A stretch of 64,000 nt of DNA from Abditibacterium sp. GTDB taxonomy: Bacteria; Armatimonadota; Abditibacteriia; Abditibacteriales; Abditibacteriaceae. Location: contig CBDASK010000003.1 of NCBI GenBank assembly GCA_965199495.1, forward strand, positions 2,944,001 to 3,008,000, in the 5' to 3' direction. Below, one piece after another: positions 1 to 10,400 of the stretch. The stretch's first letter is position 1. Every line of letters begins with the position of its first letter. Both the position numbers and the translations under genes were made by a program. Below the pieces are notes generated by a model, which did no database searches, was not told the DNA's origin, and worked only from the letters and a program-made list of their open reading frames with translations.

Positions 1-2
1 TC

Positions 3-1412
3 AATAATCTGGGCGTGCTGGCGTTGCGTCAGGGCGATGCCGCAGTCGCGTGGCGCTATCTGGATGCGTTGCGTCAGGTCGAAGAATCCACCGGTTCGAT
101 TGACGCCGTGACGTGGAATCATCTGGGCGCGGCGGCTTCGGCGCAGGGCGATGTCGAGAAATCGCTGGAATATTATCAGCGCGCGGGCGGCACGGAACAC
201 GGCGAGTTCGAGGTTTATTACAATTTGGGTCGCTCGTGGATCGAACACGGCAAATCCGACATCGGCGTGCCCTATTTGCGTCAGGCGTTTGCCATCGAGC
301 CGAACAACGCCGACGTTCACACGGTTTTGGCTGCGGCCTACCTGTTCGTCGGACGCGCTGATCTCTATGCCGAAGCGCTCAAACACCTCAAGCGCGCTCT
401 GCAACTCGATACGCATCATCGCACGGCGGCGATTGATTTGATTCTGGCGTTGGGCGAAATCCATAATAACGAGATGGCCGGGCAAATGATCGCGCAGGCG
501 TTCAAGTTGTATCCCAAAACGGCGGAGCCAAACTTTTTGGCGGCGCTAATGATGCTGGAAAACGCGCCCGATGCCTTGGAACACGAAGACCGTTGGGCGG
601 CGGCGGCGCAGCGTTTCGAGGTCGCGCTCGCCGCGCGGCCCAACTTGGTTTCGGCGCTTTATAATTCGGCGCTGTGCCAGTTCATGATCGGTTTTCGCGA
701 TACCAGCGCCAAATTATTGGAAGCCGTCGTCGCGCGCGATCCTTCGATGGGGCCAGCCTATTACCTCATCGGATACGGCCACGCCGTCGCCAAACGCGAC
801 GACGCCGCGATTAAATCGTGGCAAATCGCGGTCAAATACGAGCCGAATAATCCCGATTTGCACGCCAATCTGGGCGCGTTGCTTTATCGGAAAAAAGATT
901 TCAAAGGTTCGATTCGCGCTTACGCGCAGGCGCACCGTCTGTTGCCCGACGACGCACAAATTTTGGCCGCGCTGGGCGTGGCTTTCGCGCAGGCCAAGAT
1001 GTATGAACAGGCGATTTTGACGATCAAACAATCCATATATATTGACCCGCGCTCGCCTATCGCTTACTCAAATCTGGGGTTGGCGCACTATCTGTTCAAG
1101 CAAATCGAGGACGCCGTGTTGTGTTGGCGCGTGGTCGTGCAACTCGACTCGGCCTATGCCGAGCGGCGCGAGGGCATCCAGGAAAAATCGTTCGACGAAA
1201 CGATTATCCAATTGCGCCCGATTAATTGGCGCAACCGCATCGTCAAGCTGGCGCCCGTCTTGCCGCGCGCCCAGACGCGACTGTTGCCGGGCACCAACGC
1301 GCGCGAGTATCGTCTGGTTGTCACCGATCCCGAACTGCAACCTTTGGTTGCCGACAAACGCAACATGGATCGCACCAGTCGTCAACTGGCTTCGATGAAC
1401 CTGAAAAGATAA
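3..1412 (+). CDS. Tetratricopeptide repeat protein (5' truncated by window edge)
   Basis: Frame is open from position 3 (NNLGVLAL...); many TPR motifs (WNHLG, YYNLG, HANLG, YSNLG). Confidence 0.9.
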   Translation, partial: NNLGVLALRQGDAAVAWRYLDALRQVEESTGSIDAVTWNHLGAAASAQGDVEKSLEYYQRAGGTEHGEFEVYYNLGRSWIEHGKSDIGVPYLRQAFAIEPNNADVHTVLAAAYLFVGRADLYAEALKHLKRALQLDTHHRTAAIDLILALGEIHNNEMAGQMIAQAFKLYPKTAEPNFLAALMMLENAPDALEHEDRWAAAAQRFEVALAARPNLVSALYNSALCQFMIGFRDTSAKLLEAVVARDPSMGPAYYLIGYGHAVAKRDDAAIKSWQIAVKYEPNNPDLHANLGALLYRKKDFKGSIRAYAQAHRLLPDDAQILAALGVAFAQAKMYEQAILTIKQSIYIDPRSPIAYSNLGLAHYLFKQIEDAVLCWRVVVQLDSAYAERREGIQEKSFDETIIQLRPINWRNRIVKLAPVLPRAQTRLLPGTNAREYRLVVTDPELQPLVADKRNMDRTSRQLASMNLKR

Positions 1413-1487
1413 TTTCTCGGCAGTTTGTCAATTTGTAACGGGCATTCGGGCACACGAAGACCGGTTTCGTTTAACTTTAGCTTTATC

Positions 1488-2288
1488 ATGGAAAAATGGA
1501 AATTAGGCGTCATCGGCCTGCTGCTGCTGGGGTTAATCGGCTATGGCGTAACACAACAAAAATCCGAGGCCACCGTGAATTCGCCCCTCCCCGGCGCAAA
1601 CAGCGCTTCGGCCAGCAATGCGGGCGATGGAAGTGCCAAAACCGAAAACAAAGCGGCCAAATTCATCGGACAAACTTTGGGAAGCGACCAGTTTTCCGAA
1701 TGGTCGGAGCTTGGCCCGTGGCAAAACAGTTCGCAGGCCGTGACCCTGAATTCGCTCAAGGGCCAACCCGCTTTGATCGAATTTTTTCGCATCGGTTGCT
1801 CGCACTGTCAGGAGGCCGCGCCCTTCATGGAAGCGCTTTACCAGCGTTATCAGCCGCGCGGTTTGAAGATGGTCGCCGTGCAATCGCCGGGCGATTACAA
1901 AGACCCGACCAACGACGAGACGCAGTGGCCCAAAGTCCAAGCCTGGATTACAGCCGCGGGCCTGACTTATCCCATCGCGATGGACAAAGATAGCGCCTAT
2001 TTTCAGGGCACGCTCAAGGGCACCTATTACCCAACGATTCTGGTTTCCGATGCGTCGGGCAAAATCGTTCATGGGCAGACCGGGCATGACGCCGAAAAAA
2101 CGATGAAGTTGGCCGTCGAGTTAGAAAAATTGTATCCCGGCCCCGGCGCGCCCAAAGCGCGCGCCCAGAGCTTAATGAAGTTTTTGTTGCCTTTTTTGTA
2201 TAACAATACGACTTCCGATCCCGCGATGGAAAAAGCCCTCGCCGACGATTTGGAACAGCGCTTGACAGGCAAAGTCAAGGATGCTTGA
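1488..2288 (+). CDS. TlpA/redoxin family thiol-disulfide oxidoreductase, membrane anchored
   Basis: N-terminal hydrophobic anchor, LxSLKGQPALIEFF, CSHC active site, cis-Pro YPT; start moved to MEKWK. Confidence 0.8.
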   Translation: MEKWKLGVIGLLLLGLIGYGVTQQKSEATVNSPLPGANSASASNAGDGSAKTENKAAKFIGQTLGSDQFSEWSELGPWQNSSQAVTLNSLKGQPALIEFFRIGCSHCQEAAPFMEALYQRYQPRGLKMVAVQSPGDYKDPTNDETQWPKVQAWITAAGLTYPIAMDKDSAYFQGTLKGTYYPTILVSDASGKIVHGQTGHDAEKTMKLAVELEKLYPGPGAPKARAQSLMKFLLPFLYNNTTSDPAMEKALADDLEQRLTGKVKDA

Positions 2289-2291
2289 AAT

Positions 2292-4262
2292 TCAACTGTC
2301 GCTTTCCAGCCACAAATTCTCCCAACTATCCACGCGCGCCGACCACTGCGGCGGCACCACAATCGTCGTATCGAACTGAAATACCAGACCCGGCCCGCGA
2401 AATTGCGCGCCGGGTCGTAGTTTTTCGCGCTCGAACAGCGCGGTTTGCAGCGCGCCCGCTTCAAAACACACCCTTTTGGAACCCACAGCCACGGCGGCGT
2501 GGCTGCTATCGGGCGCCGCGCTTTCGGTGGGCACATTCGCCGCGCGCCGCACGCGCAAACGTAACGTGACGGCTTCGACTTCGCGCGCTAAATCTGATAA
2601 TCCGTAACGCGCCTGATGCAAATCGTGAAACGCAGATTTCGCGACGGCCAAACTTGCGCTCGAAACCGGCAACGCGAGCGGCACGGCCAATTCGTAACTT
2701 TGCCCACGATAACGCGCTTCGATCTGCGCTTCGAGCGCGCCGTCCAAGGCGAAACTCGCGTTCATTTCCCGAATCAAATCGCCGATTTGCGGCGCCGTTA
2801 ATTCGTCAAAATCGCACAAAAGCGCGCGCGAGGCGTCGCGTGTTTCGTCGGCGACGATCATGCCCAGCGCCGACAAAACGCCGGGAAAACGCGGAATCAA
2901 AACGCGTTGTATGCCCATCAACTGCGCGAGTTCCGCCGCGTGCAACGGCCCGGCGCCGCCAAACGGCAGCAAAACAAACGGGCGCGGATCAACGCCGCGC
3001 GCGGTCGAAACGCGCCGCAACGCGCGCTCCATGTGCGCGTTGGCCACGCGAACGATGCCCAGCGCGGCGGCTTCGAGCGTTAAATTCAAAGCGCGCGCGA
3101 TGGGTTCGAGCGCAGTGCGGGCGGCGGCTTCGTCCAACGTCTTTTCGCCGCCCAGAAATCGCGGCGCGTCCAAACGGCCCAGAACCAAATTGGCGTCGGA
3201 GACCGTAGGCAAAACTCCGCCCAAACCGTAACAGGCCGGGCCGGGCGCAGAACCCGCCGACTGCGGCCCGACGCGCAGGGCGCTGCCTTCGTCCACGCGC
3301 GCCAAGCTGCCGCCGCCCGCGCCGACGGTGTGAATATCGAGCGAAGGCAAACGCAACGGCAAACCGCCGATTTCGCCTTCCGAACTGCGCGGCAAGTCGC
3401 CGTCGAGCAGAGCCACGTCGGTCGAAGTGCCGCCCATATCGAAAGTCAAAACTTGCTCGGCGCCCGCGCGCGCGGCCACAAAGCGCGCACCGACAACGCC
3501 GCCCGCCGGGCCGGACAAAACCAAACGCGCCGCCTGAGCCGACGCGGTCGCGATGTCGAGCGCGCCGCCACTCGACGCCAACACGCGCACGCGCGCATCG
3601 GGCAAACGCGCGGCTAAATTGCCCAGATATTTGGCGACGGGCGGCGCCAGATAGGCGTTGATGGCGCAAGTCGAAGTGCGTTCGTATTCGCGCGCTTCGG
3701 GCAAAAGTTCGTTGCCCAGAGTCAGCAAAACATCGGGCAGTTCGGCGCGCAAAATCTGCGCGGCGCGCCGTTCGTGGTCGGAATTGAGAAACGCCCACAA
3801 AAACACAATCGCCACGCTTTCCACGTTCAATTTACGCAATTGCGCCGCCACCGCACGCACGCCGTCTTCGTCGAGGGGCGTCACTATTTGACCGTACGCA
3901 TCTAATCGCTCGGCGACTTCAAAACGCAGTTCGCGACCGATAAGCGGCTCGATTTTGCGCGGCGACAAATCATACAAAACGGGCCGATTCTGGCGCGCGA
4001 TTTCCAAAACGTCGGCGAAACCCGCCGACGTCAGCAGCGCGGCGCGCGCGCCGTTGCGTTCCAATAACGCGTTGGTCGCCACGGTCGAACCATGAGCCAC
4101 GTCGCCGCGATAGTTCATCGCGTCAAGGCCGTCAGCGATGGCACGCGATTGGTCATCTGGCGTGGAAAGCCGCTTGCCGATGCGCCATTTTCCGTTCTCG
4201 AAAATCACGAAATCGGTGAAAGTGCCGCCGACATCGACGCCAGCCAGCGTGGGAGAATTCAT
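2292..4262 (-). CDS. Hydantoinase/oxoprolinase family A subunit
   Basis: GVDVGGTFTD, HGSTVATNALLE, SGPAGGV, DMGGTSTD, GAGGGS, FGGAGPLHA motifs. Confidence 0.92.
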   Translation of the reverse strand: MNSPTLAGVDVGGTFTDFVIFENGKWRIGKRLSTPDDQSRAIADGLDAMNYRGDVAHGSTVATNALLERNGARAALLTSAGFADVLEIARQNRPVLYDLSPRKIEPLIGRELRFEVAERLDAYGQIVTPLDEDGVRAVAAQLRKLNVESVAIVFLWAFLNSDHERRAAQILRAELPDVLLTLGNELLPEAREYERTSTCAINAYLAPPVAKYLGNLAARLPDARVRVLASSGGALDIATASAQAARLVLSGPAGGVVGARFVAARAGAEQVLTFDMGGTSTDVALLDGDLPRSSEGEIGGLPLRLPSLDIHTVGAGGGSLARVDEGSALRVGPQSAGSAPGPACYGLGGVLPTVSDANLVLGRLDAPRFLGGEKTLDEAAARTALEPIARALNLTLEAAALGIVRVANAHMERALRRVSTARGVDPRPFVLLPFGGAGPLHAAELAQLMGIQRVLIPRFPGVLSALGMIVADETRDASRALLCDFDELTAPQIGDLIREMNASFALDGALEAQIEARYRGQSYELAVPLALPVSSASLAVAKSAFHDLHQARYGLSDLAREVEAVTLRLRVRRAANVPTESAAPDSSHAAVAVGSKRVCFEAGALQTALFEREKLRPGAQFRGPGLVFQFDTTIVVPPQWSARVDSWENLWLESDS

Positions 4263-4306
4263 CGGCGTATAGTTTAGAACCACCGCGCGCGCGTTACATT
4301 TTGATA

Positions 4307-4380
4307 GCGGGGCTGACGCACCCTTCCAATCAGCGGAGTTCCTCGAAAGAATACGGATTGGAAGGGTGCGTCAGCCCCGC
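4307..4380. repeat. REP-like inverted-repeat element, family E (25-bp perfect arms)
   Basis: gcggggctgacgcacccttccaatc (4307-4331) ... gattggaagggtgcgtcagccccgc (4356-4380). Confidence 0.9.
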
Positions 4381-4430
4381 CGCCAAAAAGGAAGGCGCGA
4401 TTTAGTGCGATAAAGAAACTGCCATGTTTT

Positions 4431-4501
4431 GCAGGGCTGATGTCCTCTTCCAATCTTGGTGCGAAGGCGAATTCCCGATTGAAAGGGTGCGCAAGCCCCG
4501 C
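4431..4501. repeat. Degenerate second copy of family E element
   Basis: gcagggctgatgtcctcttccaatc ... gattgaaagggtgcgcaagccccgc aligns to 4307-4380. Confidence 0.75.
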
Positions 4502-4528
4502 TCTCAAAAGGCGAAACTTACCTCAATC

Positions 4529-4981
4529 ATGCCATTTATCACGCTTGCCACGCTCATCAACGCTCCGCCCGCCGTCTGCTTCGACGCGGCGCGCGACGCG
4601 CAATTGCATTTGGAAAGCGCGCGTGAAACTGGCGAGTGCATCGTCGCCGGACGCGATGTAGGCCTGTGGGAGTTGGGCGATGAAATTATCTTTGAAGGCA
4701 AGCATTTGGGCGTGCGCCAACGTTTTTCGGCGCGCGTTGTCGCGTTCGAGCGCCCGCATTATTTTCGCGACGAAATGACACGCGGCGCCTTCGCCAGCCT
4801 GAGCCACACGCATATTTTCGAGCCGTTGCCAAATGACAAAACGCGTATGGTTGATGTCGTCGAATGGCGCGCGCCGTTGGGGAAATTGGGCGCGATTTTT
4901 AGCGATAAAATCGTTGAAATGCACTTGCGGCGATTTCTGCGAGAGCGCGCGTGGCACTTAAAACGGCATTGCGAAAATTAA
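4529..4981 (+). CDS. SRPBCC family protein
   Basis: IxAPxxxCFD, HLGVRQR, FRDEMxRGAF, HTHxF motifs. Confidence 0.85.
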   Translation: MPFITLATLINAPPAVCFDAARDAQLHLESARETGECIVAGRDVGLWELGDEIIFEGKHLGVRQRFSARVVAFERPHYFRDEMTRGAFASLSHTHIFEPLPNDKTRMVDVVEWRAPLGKLGAIFSDKIVEMHLRRFLRERAWHLKRHCEN

Positions 4982-5142
4982 GTAAGCGAATAAATTCGCA
5001 GCCATCCGCCCAAGGGGCACCCGAAGTGTCGGCCTGCGCCGACACGAAGAGGTTACTACAAAGAACTCTGCTTCACTCTTAAAATTTCCTCGTGTCGGCG
5101 CAGGCCGACACTTAACTGTGGCTGCGAATTTATTCGCTTACT
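4981..5142. repeat. Inverted-repeat element, family D, between convergent genes
   Basis: Outer arms agtaagcgaataaattcgcagcca/tggctgcgaatttattcgcttact; inner arms aagtgtcggcctgcgccgacacga/tcgtgtcggcgcaggccgacactt. Confidence 0.9.
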
Positions 5143-6034
5143 CAATTCGACTACTTGAACTGAAAGCAGAAACCTGCGGCTTTTTAAAACCGGTATAAAT
5201 CACGCCCGCCAAGGTGATCGCGCCGCCGAATAATGCCACGCCCGACGGCAATTCGTGTAGAAACAGCCAGCCCATCAAAACCGAAAGCGGTGCGACCAAA
5301 TAAAGGTAGTTCATCAGACGCGCGACCGGCATTTGCGACAGGCACCACATCCACAAAACGTAGCCCAGTGCACCGGGAAACGCGCCCAGCAACAGCAAAT
5401 TGAGCGTCGGCACAAGCGGTGCCGTTTTAACGGCCTGAACTAAGCCGCCGCCGAGGGGAATCAGCAAAAGTGTGCCGCAGAAGATCGCCGTGGCTGTGAC
5501 ATCGAGCGCGGCGTATTTCTGGAGTAGCGGTTTTTGCAGCGTGTTATAAATCGCCGCGCATAGCGCCGCGCCCATCACCAAAAAGGCGCCCGCGCTGAAA
5601 CCGATGCCGCTTTCGGCGCCCCACGCGATGAGAGCCACGCCGACCAGAGCGATGGCGCTGCCGCCCCAAACGCGCCCATTGACGCGCTCGCCCAGAAAAA
5701 TACGCGCGCTTAATGTGCTGAGAACCGGAATCGTCGAACCAATGAGCGCCGACGCGCCCGCCGTCACGGTTTGCTCGCCCGCGTTGAGGCACAAATTATA
5801 AAGCGTGAACCCGAACAATCCCGCGCCCAAAATGCGCGCCCAATCGGCGCGCTCGAAGCGCGGGCGCCGCGCCAAAATCAGCGGCAGCAAAATCGCCGAC
5901 GCCACGAGATAGCGCCCCAAAGCCAACTGCGCCGGGGAATAGGCTTCGACCGCCACGCGAATCGAAACCCACGCCGTCGCCCACGCCACAACCGAAACCG
6001 CGACGGCGAGCGGCAATTTGAATCGTGAATTCAC
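5138..6034 (-). CDS. DMT/EamA family transporter
   Basis: About 10 TM helices, two EamA repeats (LGER..., LHELP). Confidence 0.9.
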   Translation of the reverse strand: MNSRFKLPLAVAVSVVAWATAWVSIRVAVEAYSPAQLALGRYLVASAILLPLILARRPRFERADWARILGAGLFGFTLYNLCLNAGEQTVTAGASALIGSTIPVLSTLSARIFLGERVNGRVWGGSAIALVGVALIAWGAESGIGFSAGAFLVMGAALCAAIYNTLQKPLLQKYAALDVTATAIFCGTLLLIPLGGGLVQAVKTAPLVPTLNLLLLGAFPGALGYVLWMWCLSQMPVARLMNYLYLVAPLSVLMGWLFLHELPSGVALFGGAITLAGVIYTGFKKPQVSAFSSSSRIE

Positions 6035-6095
6035 TGAATTAAGGATAAACCTTTAATGCGCCCACGATACCGTGAGTTCGCGCAATGCTGAGACT

Positions 6096-6265
6096 TCGCG
6101 TAAGTTTTTTATTTGCCACAAAAACACAGAATTCACAAAAGGCACAAAAAATTCAAAACAGCTTGTCGAACTTTCTTCTTTGAAAAATTGTTCTTCCAAA
6201 CCTTTTGAATTTTTTGTGCCTTTTGTGAATTCTGTGTTTTGTGACAAATAAAAAAACTTGCGCGA
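6096..6265. repeat. Inverted-repeat element, family C (GCCACA... type)
   Basis: ttgccacaaaaacacagaattcacaaaaggcacaaaaaattcaaaa mirrored by ttttgaattttttgtgccttttgtgaattctgtgttttgtgacaa. Confidence 0.85.
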
Positions 6266-6284
6266 GTTTCCTCTCACTTTAGCT

Positions 6285-7343
6285 TCAATGTGGGATAATC
6301 CGGCGCGCGGCGTGAACCAAAACGACCGCCAAAAAGAAAGCGTTGCGCAATAAAGGCGTGCCGAGCAACACGCGCGGCGCGACGACGGCGATGCCCTGCG
6401 AATGTGCGCTTTCGAGTTCGCGTGCCACGCGCTCGATGTAAGCGGGCGAGTTGGGCCAATCCCACAATTCGGAGCGCCAGTGCGCGGGCAAGTTTTCGGC
6501 GCCCACGCGCGCGCCGATGATGCCGCCCAATATCGCCGCCGTCGAATCGGTATCGCCGCCGCAACGAATAATACTTTCCAAGGCCGCGCGAAAATCGTTG
6601 GGATAGCGCAGCCAGCATTGCAAAACCACGGGAACCGTATGAAAAATGTAGCCGCTCACGCCGTTTTCCAAACCCAAATCGCGGCAAAACTCGCGCGTGG
6701 TTTGGTTACGCGTGGCGGAAATTACGGCTTTGTCGGCGAGGCCAAGAAATTCTTTTGTCGCATCCGAATCGTCGCTCCATTCGCGCAAATCGCGCAGCAG
6801 ACGCGCGCCGTTGCACTCGCCCTGCGCGCTCTGATGTGCGGCCAGAGCGATGGCGAACGCGCCGATTTCGGCTTTGGGATCGGTGTGCGTTAGAAGCGTC
6901 GAGGCGCGGCAAAACTCGCGCAGTTGTCCGATGTCGGGCAGGAACGCGCCCAAAATCGGCGCGCGCATCGCCGGGCCGTTGCCCGCCGAAAACACGCCGG
7001 TTTTGTGGGTAAAAGTCCACGCTTTAAAGCCCGCCAGCAATGTCGCGCGGCCCACGCCCGGCGGCAAATAAAACGTCCATGCGCGCAGTTCGCCGCGCAA
7101 AACGCGACCAAACTTTTGCGTGTCGCCGCGCGATTCCAATAAAGCGCGCGCGGTGAAAAGCGCGTGTTCGGTATCGTCGGACAACATACCGCGACCGGGC
7201 AACAGTTGCATTTCCAAGCCCTTGGGTTGCGCGCCATAAATTTGGCGCGCGCGTTGCGGCGCCAAGCGCTCGAACGGCAAACCCAACGCATCGCCGATGG
7301 CGCCGCCCAGCAGACAGCCGTGGAGCCGGTCAAAGAGAGTGAT
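6285..7343 (-). CDS. ADP-ribosylglycohydrolase family protein (no canonical start codon upstream of conserved N-terminal motif)
   Basis: GCLLGGAIGDALG, SDDTE, SAGNGPAMR, GGDTDSTAAILG motifs; start position uncertain. Confidence 0.85.
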   Translation of the reverse strand: MTLFDRLHGCLLGGAIGDALGLPFERLAPQRARQIYGAQPKGLEMQLLPGRGMLSDDTEHALFTARALLESRGDTQKFGRVLRGELRAWTFYLPPGVGRATLLAGFKAWTFTHKTGVFSAGNGPAMRAPILGAFLPDIGQLREFCRASTLLTHTDPKAEIGAFAIALAAHQSAQGECNGARLLRDLREWSDDSDATKEFLGLADKAVISATRNQTTREFCRDLGLENGVSGYIFHTVPVVLQCWLRYPNDFRAALESIIRCGGDTDSTAAILGGIIGARVGAENLPAHWRSELWDWPNSPAYIERVARELESAHSQGIAVVAPRVLLGTPLLRNAFFLAVVLVHAARRIIPH

Positions 7344-7472
7344 GATAAATCAAGTATCGCTTGCGCGAGCGAATTGCGGTTTCTCAATTCAAATTGTGCG
7401 GTCAGATTATAGCAACGGGGAAAACTGCGCTGTCGCCATAACAACTCGCAAACGGTAAAATTGAAGGGACTT

Positions 7473-10400
7473 ATGAAAATTACTCCCATTTTGCTCGCCA
7501 GTGCGCTCGTCGCGGGCGTCCCGTTGTTATGTCCGGTTCTCTCGAACGCCCAAAACGCCCAGAAAACTGCGGCCCAACCGATGTTTATTGGTGCGTCGCA
7601 ACTGTTGGCGAAGTTACCCGCGCCGAACAAACAAGAAAATGAGAGCAGGATGTATGATGAGCCGGGCGACGTTTTCTTCGGCGGCAAAATCGTGGGATTT
7701 GAAGAAGGCCCGGACAAAATGGTGCCCGATGCGCAACGTTTGGCGTCGTGGAAAGCCGATGCTAAAAGCTATCGCAAGGCGGGTGGCGCGCCAACGGCGG
7801 CGGCGTGGCTGCAATTGGAGGCACGCCGCGCCGCGATATTGAAACCCACGCCCAAACCGATGGCGCAGGGTGAAATGGGCACATCGCAGGGCGCCATCAT
7901 TCCGGCGTCCGATATGTTGGTAACGCCGGGATTTTCCAGTTCCGTCAACATTTTGCCCGCGCCCGACCAATGGCGCGCGTTGTTGCAGGGCGCGCGCAAG
8001 TCCTGCGACAATGCAGCCACGGCGCATAACGCGGCGGTTTATTATTTCGCGGCGCGACTCAACGGCGACGAGGCCGAACAAGTGAACGCCCTGCGCGCGC
8101 TCACTCGGATTTGGGCGCCCGTCGTGCGCGCCGACATCGCGGATAAAGCTAAAAATAACAACGACAGCGCGCGCCGCGCCGCGTTGCAGCACGACGATGC
8201 GTTGGCCGATTTGCTGGCGAACTCGCCCGATGTCGCGCAGCAGCAGTTGGGTCTGAGCTGGAAATTGCAAATCGGCGGCATCAACAATAATTACGCTTAC
8301 GTGGATTTGCCCGATTTGGTCAAAAACTGGGGCGCGGCGCGCGCCAAGGCTTTTCTGCCCGAAGTTTTGCGCTCCAAGGCGCGCGTTCAATGGTATGGCG
8401 CGGGCAAAACCGTGGATTTGGCGCGCGAGGTTTGGCTGGATAATCCCGATTTGCAAAACCAGCCGCAATGGCAATTGGTGCAGACGAGCGCCAATTTCAA
8501 CATGGATTTCGCGTTGAAATCATTGGAAAATTTCGCGAACCCCAAACCCAACGATTCCAATTTTTCCGACGGCTACAATTATCAATATGCACAAGCGGCG
8601 GTGCTGCAAAATTTGGTCAAGCGCGAGCAGTTCGCGCGTGCCGACGAGCTTTTATCGCAGTGGAACCGGCGCGGCCAGCTCAAGGCGGATTTGGGGTTTA
8701 GTCCTTACGACGACGAAGCCACGCTCGCGCAACAATTGGCGCAGTTGAGTTGGATGGAAACCACGATGCAGCATTTGCCGATGCTCGATTGGTGGTCTTC
8801 CTATCGCGATTTGGCGTTGAGAGCGGGCCAATCGAAGCGCGCATTGAACTTTGTGCAAACGCGTTTGGAAAATCCCAAAATCGCCCATCGCGGCGCGCTC
8901 CAAAGCGCGCTCGCCTCGCTTTACTTGGATAACGGCGAAATTGAAAAGGGCGGCGCGCTGTTGGCCGCGCAGGTCAAAGCGGGCACGCGCGCGAACGATG
9001 ATTTCCAAAATCGCGCGGGAAACGTCGCCAGTTTGCTGCGCCTGACGCGCGTGGCTCCTCATTTGGAGTGGCTGCAAATCGCGCGGACGGGCGCACAGAG
9101 TTTGGTCGCGACGCCGCTCGATGGTGGCAACGACGACGATAAAATTCGCAAAATCGCCGATGTCGCGCTGCAATTGCACGAACAAAACCAGAGCGTTTTC
9201 GCCAACCAACTATTGGCCCGCGCTTTGATCGCGGCCTCGCAAAAGCCCAAAGAAGAGTATGGTTCGCGGCCCGATGTCAAACCGTATTTGTATGCGCTGA
9301 TGACGATTTATCGCGATACCAACCACGCCAAAGACGCGCTTTATCTGCTGGAAAACGCGCGAGGTTGGGGCGCCGCCGAACTGTCGCCGCTTTTGACCTA
9401 TCACGGCGAAGATCAGTGGGGCGAAGACCACACCGATATTGACACCAAAGCGCGCGCGCCTTTGGGCGAATTGGTGACATGGGCTTTGGCGAAAAACAAT
9501 CGGCGCGCCCAAGCCGCGCAGGTCGCGCGTGCCACGCTCGAACGCGCGGCTGGTAACGATGGCGTCTACGCGCTGTTGGTGGATTTAGAAGGGCAAAAAG
9601 CCGTTCCATTTTTGCAAGAGTTGCAGGCGCGCGACCCTTACGAAGAACGCCCGCTCATCTGGCAGGCTGAACTGGCGCGGCGCGCGGGCAATTTGTCCAA
9701 AGCGGCGCAGTTGGCGCAAAGCGCGATTGCCGTTGATCCATCCGACGGCGAGCAGCCACGGGGCGACCGTCTGCGCGCTTATAGCGAATTGGCGAGCGTC
9801 AAACGCGCGCAGGGCGACGCGGCCAAAGCGGGCGAACTGAGCGAAGCCGTCGGGGCGATTCGGCTGAGCGAGACCGCCGACAAATGGCGCGTCGCGGGCG
9901 TGGCTCCGCGCGCCATCGCGCTCTACCGGCAATCACTCGGTTTGTTCGATAACGCCTATTGCGTGCAATCGCGGCTGGCCGTCGAGCTGACGAGTCAGGG
10001 CGATTTCGCGCAGGCGGCGCAACATTTCGAGCGCGCCTATCAATTGATGCCAATTTCGTTTGGCCGCATGGAAAGCCACTGTTTCGGCTGCGAAGGCGTC
10101 TTTGGCGGCACCAAAAGCGAGCCGATTGCGCGCCGTGTTTTTCGCCAGTTGGAAGCGGCGCAACCCAACAACGCCAAAGTGCAATATCTCGCCGGTTACT
10201 GGCGCATGAGCGCCGGGCAAAATCAGGCCGCGACCCAGTATTATCGGCGCGCCGTCCAACTCGATCCGCTTTATCTGTCGGCGTGGAAGAAGTTGGCCGA
10301 AAGCAAAAGTTTCCAGACACCGCTTCAGCAAGACGCCGCGACGCTCGCGGTTTTACGTTTAGACCCGGCCAGCCAGCACGACGATTACGGCGCGTCATTC

